A stretch of DNA of 32,000 nucleotides from Candidatus Bathyarchaeia archaeon. Its GTDB lineage: Archaea > Asgardarchaeota > Heimdallarchaeia > JABLTI01. The notes under the pieces were generated by a model that did not search any database, had not been told where the DNA came from, and saw only the letters and a program-made list of their open reading frames with translations. Positions 18,520 through 24,768 of the stretch are shown here, in pieces (position 1 is the stretch's first letter; every line of letters begins with the position of its first letter). The stretch is taken from positions 187,053 through 219,052 of the forward strand of contig DATKZI010000026.1 in assembly GCA_035528035.1 (NCBI GenBank), in the 5' to 3' direction. The position numbers and the translations under genes are program-made.

Positions 18520-18939
18520 ATGGCTGAAACAAAAAGAATGGCTATTGTCGTTCATTCTGGTACCCTTGACAAAGCTTACCCCCCCTTGATGTTAGCTGCT
18601 GCAGCTGGTGCATCTGATATGGAAGTTGATTTATTCTTCACTTTCTGGGGATTAAACCTTTTAAAGAAAAAAGGTCTAAAACGTGCTAAATTATCTGGCA
18701 TGTGGAGACTTGGAACTGGAATGATGAGATTGATGATAAAGCGAACTGGTATGGCTACATTACCTGACTTATTAAAAGCAGTAGTAGAAACAGGAAAGGT
18801 AAGGTTATATGCTTGTACTGCTACAATGGATATAATGATGGTTAAAAAGGAACAATTAATACCAGAAGTAACAGGATATATGGGTGCAGCAGGATTTTTA
18901 GATATTGCTGCAGATTGTGATATTCAATTGTTCATATAA
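18520..18939 (+). CDS. DsrE2/DsrE3-like (DsrE/DsrF/DrsH family, COG2210-type) sulfur carrier
   Basis: MAETKRMAIVVHSGTLDKAYPPLMLAAAAGA...FFTFWGL...LYACTATMD...GAAGFLD. The conserved Cys lies in the ACT context. The track start (TTG at 18511) is 3 codons upstream. Confidence 0.75.
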   Translation: MAETKRMAIVVHSGTLDKAYPPLMLAAAAGASDMEVDLFFTFWGLNLLKKKGLKRAKLSGMWRLGTGMMRLMIKRTGMATLPDLLKAVVETGKVRLYACTATMDIMMVKKEQLIPEVTGYMGAAGFLDIAADCDIQLFI

Positions 18940-18953
18940 AAGGTGAAATAATA

Positions 18954-19196
18954 TTGACTGACTTGCCCAAGGCTGATAAAACACTTGATGCACGAGGAAT
19001 GCAATGTCCACTACCCATTTTAAAAGCAAAGAAGGAAATTGTTACTTTAGAAATGGGTCAAGTATTAGAAGTACTTTCTAATGATCCTGGTTCAAAAGAA
19101 GATTTTCCAAGATGGGCTAAAAGAACAGGTAATGAAATGTTAGGAATTTTTGATGAAGACGGTTACGCACGATACTTCATCAAAAGACAAGCTTAA
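18954..19196 (+). CDS. tusA: TusA/SirA-family sulfur carrier
   Basis: 80 aa. The TTG start is preceded by AGGTGA at a 7-nt spacing. The signature LDARGMQCPLPILKAKK (CP-x-P motif) is present. Confidence 0.88.
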   Translation: MTDLPKADKTLDARGMQCPLPILKAKKEIVTLEMGQVLEVLSNDPGSKEDFPRWAKRTGNEMLGIFDEDGYARYFIKRQA

Positions 19197-19240
19197 TTGC
19201 TTGTATTCCTTATTTTACCTCTTTAAAGAAACAGATTTCT

Positions 19241-19258
19241 TAGCTATTTTTTTAGCTA
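19241..19258 (+). terminator. hairpin TAGCTA-T6-TAGCTA nested in a longer imperfect stem (19218-19278), downstream of tusA
   Basis: A 6-bp stem with a T6 loop. The outer arms CCTCTTTAA / TTAAAAGAGG pair with one bulge. Confidence 0.3.
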
Positions 19259-19283
19259 GTTTATTTCCTTAAAAGAGGCAAAC

Positions 19284-19291
19284 TTTAAATA
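19284..19291 (+). promoter_or_regulatory. archaeal TATA box (TTTAAATA) with an A-rich BRE-like element, for the 5S locus
   Basis: AAACTTTAAATATA. A TATA centre about 26-28 nt upstream predicts a transcription start near A19314 or G19316, just 5' of the flanking helix. Confidence 0.55.
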
Positions 19292-19318
19292 TAGAACAAT
19301 TATCCTTTTCGATACGCG

Positions 19319-19467
19319 AAAACTCATCGCTGGAAGTTAAGCCTTCAAACGTTGTGATAATTACTGATCTGAGCGATCGTTCGGGAACATCATAAAGCTG
19401 CGTCGCGACGCGGTCATAGCTGAAGGGTAACACCCGGACTCGTCCGATCCCGGAAACGATGAGTTTT
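19319..19467 (+). other. BHB-like processing structure bracketing the permuted 5S
   Basis: The outer helix is 11 perfect bp: AAAACTCATCG (19319-19329) with CGATGAGTTTT (19457-19467). The central 4-bp helix is CUGG (19330-19333) with CCGG (19450-19453), including one G-U pair. Two 3-nt bulges lie on opposite strands, each 3' of its central-helix strand: AAG (19334-19336) and AAA (19454-19456). The inner helix is weak or absent, so the motif is relaxed (HBh'-like). Confidence 0.6.
19336..19455 (+). rRNA. rrf: 5S rRNA gene in circularly permuted order (3' portion first, 5' portion second); 120-nt core
   Basis: 19336-19405 reads GUUAAGCCUUCAAACGUUGUGAUAAUUACUGAUCUGAGCGAUCGUUCGGGAACAUCAUAAAGCUGCGUCG. 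This covers the loop B 3' side, helix II 3' strand, helix V, a loop E-like element, helix IV and the helix I 3' strand. 19406-19455 reads CGACGCGGUCAUAGCUGAAGGGUAACACCCGGACUCGUCCGAUCCCGGAA. This covers the helix I 5' strand, loop A (CAUAGC), the helix II 5' strand and helix III/loop C. Long-range pairs hold: helix II 19421-19426 with 19342-19347, helix V 19352-19358 with 19389-19395, and helix I 19397-19405 with 19406-19414. Confidence 0.8.
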
Positions 19468-19592
19468 GTGCTCTAATTTTATTTTAATTCATATTTGTTA
19501 AATCAATTTGAATTTAATGTTAATTTTTTTTAGAAAAAAATTAATAATAATAAAAACTTCGTTGAGTAGAAAAGATTGAATGGATTATAACA

Positions 19593-20642
19593 ATGAACAA
19601 GAAAATCAACTTATTTACATTGGTGATAATCTCACTACTAATAATAAGCTTTTCAGCTCCAATAGATAGATCACCAATATCTAATGTTCAAGCAATTGAT
19701 ACATTAAATATTGTTGCTTCAATATCGATTGTCGCAGATATAGCTACACAAATAGGTGAAGGACTTTTTACTGTTGATAGCATTGTCTCAGGTTCAGAGA
19801 ATCCCCATTTGTATGAACCTACTCCTAGTGAGGTCGAAGCAGTTGCTAATGCTGATTTATTTATAAGATTAAATTTAGAAGATTTAGAGCCATGGGTTGA
19901 TGCAGTTCTTTTAGCTAATCCTGATGTCCCAGTTTTAAATTTAGTTAATCCTTCTATGGAACGATATGATTCCTTAATCGATGCATATAATCCTCACGTC
20001 TGGATGGATCCAACTAATGTAAAAACAATGGTTGATAAGATCTATGATGAAATAGTTGTACTTGATCCAGCAAACAATGCAACCTATACAACCAATAAAG
20101 ATTCATACACAACAGAGTTAGATAGCTTGTTAGTGTTGATAAACACTACAAAAGCTGTATTTCAAGGAATGAAAGTGGTTGTTCATCATCCATCATTTAT
20201 GTACTTGTTTGATCTTTTAGGAATAGAAAGACTAGGGATTATCGAACAAACAGAAGGTGAAGAACCTTCTCCTGAACATATTGCTGAGATAATTGAAATA
20301 ATCAGGACAGAAAATGTAACATTACTAATCAATCAACCACAATTAGATGAAAGACAAGTCTCAGAAATTGCTCGAGATACAGGATTACAAATAGGAGAAC
20401 CAACTCCTCTATTAGGAGTGCCAGATGTAGAAGGTTTAGTACAAGCTCAAGGGAGGATTATAGACAATTATATTACAATGATTGAATATGACCTTGAGGC
20501 GCTAAAAAATCCACATGATCCAGCAAAAATTACTGATAAAGCAACCTTCTGGACCTTAGTAGGGCTTGGAAGTGCTGGTTTTATTGCAACATTTATTGCT
20601 GTTATTGTAGTAAGAGTTAGGAAACCAAATGAGGTAGCATGA
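19593..20642 (+). CDS. metal (Zn/Mn/Fe) ABC transporter substrate-binding protein, cluster A-I (ZnuA/TroA-like)
   Basis: 349 aa. It has an N-terminal signal/anchor, the motifs NPHLYEPTPSEV, NPHVWMDP and HHPSFMYL, and a C-terminal hydrophobic segment followed by basic residues. Confidence 0.88.
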   Translation: MNKKINLFTLVIISLLIISFSAPIDRSPISNVQAIDTLNIVASISIVADIATQIGEGLFTVDSIVSGSENPHLYEPTPSEVEAVANADLFIRLNLEDLEPWVDAVLLANPDVPVLNLVNPSMERYDSLIDAYNPHVWMDPTNVKTMVDKIYDEIVVLDPANNATYTTNKDSYTTELDSLLVLINTTKAVFQGMKVVVHHPSFMYLFDLLGIERLGIIEQTEGEEPSPEHIAEIIEIIRTENVTLLINQPQLDERQVSEIARDTGLQIGEPTPLLGVPDVEGLVQAQGRIIDNYITMIEYDLEALKNPHDPAKITDKATFWTLVGLGSAGFIATFIAVIVVRVRKPNEVA

Positions 20643-21658
20643 TGTCAAAATTAGGTGATTTTTTCCAAGCATTTCAATATAGCTTCATGCAAAGAGCATT
20701 AATAGCTAGTATAGTTATTGCAGTAGTATGTTCAATAATAGGTGTTTTTGTCCTATTAAAAGGAATGGTTTTTTTGGGGCAAGCTATTGCCCATTCATCC
20801 TTTGCTGGGGCAACACTCGCTATACTTATTGGTGTGCAAAATCCTCTTATGATCATTATGGGGTTTTCGATTCTTTCAGCTGTAACTATTGGTTATGTTA
20901 ATCAAAAACGGCTTATGAGAGATGAGGTAATAATTGGTATAGTTTTTTCATTCTTTATTGCTCTAGCAGCTTTATTTATTGGGCTAAAGAAGACTTATAC
21001 TTCAGATATAAAATCAGTTCTTTTTGGTAATCTTTTGACAGTAGATATAGAGGATTTTATTCTTTTAATTATTTTTTCAGCTTTAGTACTCTTGATTCTT
21101 TTCTTAATTAAAAAGGAGCTATATTTTATCACTTTTGATCAAGAATTAGCATCTATCGCGGGGATACCAGTAGTTTTTCTAAATTATCTATTCTTGATAT
21201 TAGTTTCAATTACTATTGCTGTTTCTTTAAAAGCTATTGGAGCGATTTTGGTTTTTACAATGATCGTTACTCCTGCTGCAGCGGCTTATCAATGGACTTT
21301 CAAGTTAAATAAAATGATTATTCTTTCAGTTATTTTTGCTATAATATCATCAGTTATTGGATTGTTTATTTCATATATGTTAAATCTAGCATCTGCTGCA
21401 TCTATCGCTATCATAATTACAATTATCTTTCTAATTTCATTTCTATTCTCACCTAAAAGAAGATCATCCAAGAAGGTCGGTATAGAATGTCCATTCTGTA
21501 AACATCTTATTGATAAAGACGGAACTTGTGAAAATCCAAATTGTCAATTCGGTGATGTCCCTCATAAACATCTTGATGAAACTGTAGGAATAAGTTTGAA
21601 ACAGTTGCCAGAAAAAGAACCCACAATACATGAACATGATGAGGAAAAATTAGAATAG
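20639..21658 (+). CDS. metal ABC transporter permease (ABC-3 / ZnuB-TroCD family) with a Cys/His-rich C-terminal extension
   Basis: 339 aa. ATGA start/stop overlap with the upstream gene. It has 8-9 TM segments in the typical ABC-3 pattern (GQAIAHSSFAG..., MIVTPAAAA). The 67-aa tail reads CPFCKHLIDKDGTCENPNC...PHKH...HEHD. Confidence 0.88.
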   Translation: MMSKLGDFFQAFQYSFMQRALIASIVIAVVCSIIGVFVLLKGMVFLGQAIAHSSFAGATLAILIGVQNPLMIIMGFSILSAVTIGYVNQKRLMRDEVIIGIVFSFFIALAALFIGLKKTYTSDIKSVLFGNLLTVDIEDFILLIIFSALVLLILFLIKKELYFITFDQELASIAGIPVVFLNYLFLILVSITIAVSLKAIGAILVFTMIVTPAAAAYQWTFKLNKMIILSVIFAIISSVIGLFISYMLNLASAASIAIIITIIFLISFLFSPKRRSSKKVGIECPFCKHLIDKDGTCENPNCQFGDVPHKHLDETVGISLKQLPEKEPTIHEHDEEKLE

Positions 21659-21669
21659 AGGATGAAAAG

Positions 21670-22437
21670 ATGACAACTAATTACACTGAAGAAGAATGTA
21701 AAAGTTCACAAAACAAAAATATCCTTATCTGTATAAGGGACTTTGCTGTTGCCTATCAATCAAATGTAGCACTTTTTGATATTAATCTTGATGTTTATAG
21801 AAACGATTTTTTTGGCATATGTGGACCAAATGGTTCGGGAAAAAGCACTTTATTGAAATCAATTGTTGGTTCAGTAAAATCTTTCAGAGGTAATTTGCGT
21901 GTTTTTGGGAAGGATATGAGTAAAGGACATATCAGTTATCTTAAATCAAAGATTGGTTATTTACCTCAAATAGATCAGATAGATAGGAATTTTCCAGCCT
22001 TAGTTAAAGATGTAGTAGGTATGGGATTATATTCACAAGTAGGATTCTTTAAATCACTTTCAAAAAATGAAGACGAAAAGGTCTTTAATGCACTAAAATT
22101 AGTAGGGATGGAAAATATGATTCAAAGACCAATTGGTCATCTAAGTGGTGGGCAACAACAAAAAGTAAGGATCGCTAGAGCCTTGGTAAATAATCCCGAT
22201 ATATTGCTGATTGATGAGCCTTTTAGTGCTTTGGATTTTAAAATAGCAAAAAATATTGCTGATCTAATTGCTGAGATACATGAAAAAACAAACCTAACGA
22301 TAGTTATGATTAGCCATAGTTTAAGTTTGATAAAAGAACACTGTAATAAAGTCATATGTCTTGATAAAAGAATAGTTTGGCAAGGCGATCCAAAATCAGC
22401 TGATTTCGATTCTGCTGTGAGAACAGTTTTTCTTTAA
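21670..22437 (+). CDS. metal ABC transporter ATP-binding protein (ZnuC-like)
   Basis: Walker A GPNGSGKST, signature LSGGQQQKV, Walker B LLIDEPFSALD, and an H-loop ISHS. Confidence 0.92.
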   Translation: MTTNYTEEECKSSQNKNILICIRDFAVAYQSNVALFDINLDVYRNDFFGICGPNGSGKSTLLKSIVGSVKSFRGNLRVFGKDMSKGHISYLKSKIGYLPQIDQIDRNFPALVKDVVGMGLYSQVGFFKSLSKNEDEKVFNALKLVGMENMIQRPIGHLSGGQQQKVRIARALVNNPDILLIDEPFSALDFKIAKNIADLIAEIHEKTNLTIVMISHSLSLIKEHCNKVICLDKRIVWQGDPKSADFDSAVRTVFL

Positions 22438-22446
22438 GAAAAAGTC

Positions 22447-23730
22447 TTAAGGTAAAGCTGATTTCAAAAATTCAATAATATGTTTTTTAGAGATCTTTGA
22501 TTCTCCTCTAATTCGAGGATTGAAAATATAACCAACTCGTCCCACTTTTGTATCTTTACGTGGCGAATGTTTTAAAAGTTCAAACATAATCTTGTAACCT
22601 TTTGGTCGGAAACCTTTAGGATTTTTCTCAATTATTATTTGAGCATAATTTGTTTTTCCACCAAAAAAGCCACTCATAACATCACCACAAGTAGCTGAAC
22701 GATGAATCCATAAAGAGAATTTTCCGATAACACTAGCTCCCCAGGATATTAATCTTCTTTTGAATGACCATTCAGGTATTTCATCACGTTCTCCTACAAC
22801 AAAATGGTAACTTTCTGTTAGTTTAACAGCTATTTCTGCTACTTTTTCTGGTGGGTGCTGAAAATCACAATCCATAACGATAAAATAGGGTGTTTTAGTC
22901 ATTTTAATAGCATCAATAACACTTATAGTTAAGCCATGAATTTCTTCGGTCTCTCTATCGAGCAATTGGAATTTAGGATATTTTTCTGAGAATTTTCTAA
23001 CTTGTTCTCGAGTTCCATCATTTGAACCATCATCTGCAACTATTAAATTGACATTTGGGAATTTTTCAAAGAGAAGATCCATTAAGAGCCCAATATTCTC
23101 GTTTTCATTAAATGTCGGAGTGATAATTGTAATATCACTATAGTCAATATCTTTTGGAATAATAATTGGTTCTTCTGTTTTCTTTTCAAGAACCTCAAAG
23201 GTCCAAAATTCATTCCAGAAGTAATTCCAAAAAACAGTAACAATAAAAGCAATAATGGTTGAAGGGATGAGTGCATTTTTCTCTAAGGGGATAAATAGAA
23301 GGAATAATTTGATTAATCCTGAAGTTAAAAATAGTTTAAGAATAGCTCCAGAACCACCAACTAAGGCATATTTTAAAAATTGCAAGAAGAAATTTTCACT
23401 TTTAGCTTTTCTGAACGTCCAAAATTTATTTAATAGAAAATTAGAGGTAGTTGCAAAAGCAATGCCCATTATCAAAGAAACAAAACCAATGATCGAATAA
23501 TTGAAAAGGGTTGAATTACCAATGGGGATAAAAACTTCAGAAAGATGAGGCCAATATTTGTACATAATAACTTCAGTTAAATAAACTGTTAGAGTATTAA
23601 TACCAAGACCAACAAGAGAAACTATAGTAAATTGAAACAGGCGATTTTTTAATCCTATCCTTACACGGTGAAAACGTTCTTTTAATATTTCACCGAATTT
23701 CTTTTTCTCTGACTCCTCTTTTGTATCCAA
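22447..23730 (-). CDS. GtrA-like membrane domain fused to a family-2 glycosyltransferase (polyprenyl/dolichyl-phosphate hexosyltransferase-like)
   Basis: 427 aa. The N-terminal ~190 aa carry 4 TM segments and the GtrA-type pattern (KYALVGGSGAILKL...). The C-terminal part is GT2-like: ITIITPTFNENENI...VADDGSNDGT...MDCDFQHPP. Confidence 0.85.
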   Translation of the reverse strand: MDTKEESEKKKFGEILKERFHRVRIGLKNRLFQFTIVSLVGLGINTLTVYLTEVIMYKYWPHLSEVFIPIGNSTLFNYSIIGFVSLIMGIAFATTSNFLLNKFWTFRKAKSENFFLQFLKYALVGGSGAILKLFLTSGLIKLFLLFIPLEKNALIPSTIIAFIVTVFWNYFWNEFWTFEVLEKKTEEPIIIPKDIDYSDITIITPTFNENENIGLLMDLLFEKFPNVNLIVADDGSNDGTREQVRKFSEKYPKFQLLDRETEEIHGLTISVIDAIKMTKTPYFIVMDCDFQHPPEKVAEIAVKLTESYHFVVGERDEIPEWSFKRRLISWGASVIGKFSLWIHRSATCGDVMSGFFGGKTNYAQIIIEKNPKGFRPKGYKIMFELLKHSPRKDTKVGRVGYIFNPRIRGESKISKKHIIEFLKSALP

Positions 23731-23839
23731 AATAATAATTCTCCTAAACTGCTGGTATGGTTCATAATAGCATAATGATAGTTCTTATGTTATTATTAAA
23801 ACTATTTAATAATTGTCAAATTATCCCTAAATGAGTTAG

Positions 23840-24682
23840 CTATGTTTTTGTAGCAATTTTAAATAATTCATCATAACCAGCAAGTTGCCTTCTAACAATT
23901 TGCTCCGAGGAAAACCAAATACCAAAGTAGGTTTCATGAGGAAATAGTGGTAAAATGAGTACTGATTCGCCTGAATCTGAGATAATTATTCCGAGATAAT
24001 CAAGAACAGAACCCAATTTCCTTATAACGTTAAAAAATTTCAATGAGGGATTTAAATTGAGAGGAACATCGACAGTAAAATGATCAATCCCTAAATCTTT
24101 GAATGCTTTTGGTTTCATAGATGGAGCGATTAAAGCAAGTTGTTTAAAGGAAAGGCTTCTTACAATGATTCCTTTTTCCTTTATTTGATTAATTTCCCTT
24201 TCAAATAATTTGAGTGTCTCTGTACCCATAGCAATAGAGAGAACTTTTTTGACATTTAGTATTAAGCTTCTACCAATACGTAAGAAGTCATCCAAACCAC
24301 TGAAAGGATAAATTTCACCAGTAAAACTTGGTGTTTTTAAATCTGAAAGATGGTCAAGACCAGATTTGAGTTTATCCTCTAAATTTCTATTAGATTCTTG
24401 AATTTTGCGTATAATAATCTGAGGAGAAAAAGCAGTATACTGAACAGGTCGTGTTTTGGTGTGTTGAATAACTAATTCTCTTCTCAAGAGATTTTCAATT
24501 GTTTGATAAACCTTAGGTAAAGGCACATCAGTGTATTTGTGGATATCCTTTATTGTTGCAGTACCTATAGCAGAAAGTATGGCTAATACTTGAGATTCAT
24601 ATTTAGGAAATCCAAGATTAATAAAAGCTTGGACTGTAGGTTCAATACCTTGTTTTAATTCAGTGGCATTCAAAGTGATCAT
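23840..24682 (-). CDS. TrmB-family transcriptional regulator
   Basis: 280 aa. The N-terminal wHTH LGFPKYESQVLAILSAIGTATIKDIHKYTDVPLPKVYQTIENLLRRELV is typical of TrmB and is followed by a C-terminal effector-like domain. Confidence 0.85.
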   Translation of the reverse strand: MITLNATELKQGIEPTVQAFINLGFPKYESQVLAILSAIGTATIKDIHKYTDVPLPKVYQTIENLLRRELVIQHTKTRPVQYTAFSPQIIIRKIQESNRNLEDKLKSGLDHLSDLKTPSFTGEIYPFSGLDDFLRIGRSLILNVKKVLSIAMGTETLKLFEREINQIKEKGIIVRSLSFKQLALIAPSMKPKAFKDLGIDHFTVDVPLNLNPSLKFFNVIRKLGSVLDYLGIIISDSGESVLILPLFPHETYFGIWFSSEQIVRRQLAGYDELFKIATKT

Positions 24683-24709
24683 CTATCTGAAAGTAATAGC
24701 TAAATAAAT

Positions 24710-24730
24710 TTATATACTTTGAGTATATAA
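24710..24730. promoter_or_regulatory. 9-3-9 palindrome TTATATACT-TTG-AGTATATAA containing TACT-N3-AGTA; putative TrmB operator overlapping two divergent TATA-like boxes
   Basis: Perfect inverted repeat centred at 24720, 28 nt from the trmB-like ATG (24682) and 39 nt from the ABC ATPase ATG (24769). Confidence 0.55.
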
Positions 24731-24768
24731 TTTCTATTATTAAAATATTTTTGAAGTGATGAATTTAC

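Noticed and set aside
19336-19455. Reading the 5S-like island as an ordinary collinear 5S gene, or as the junction of two tandem 5S genes
   Set aside because: In genomic order, the CCCGGAA and GUUAAGCC halves of the conserved block are about 120 nt apart and reversed. The sequences outside 19332-19455 are not 5S-like and are instead complementary to each other. The helix I strands abut with no spacer. A tandem array would show further 5S sequence on both sides, and none is present.
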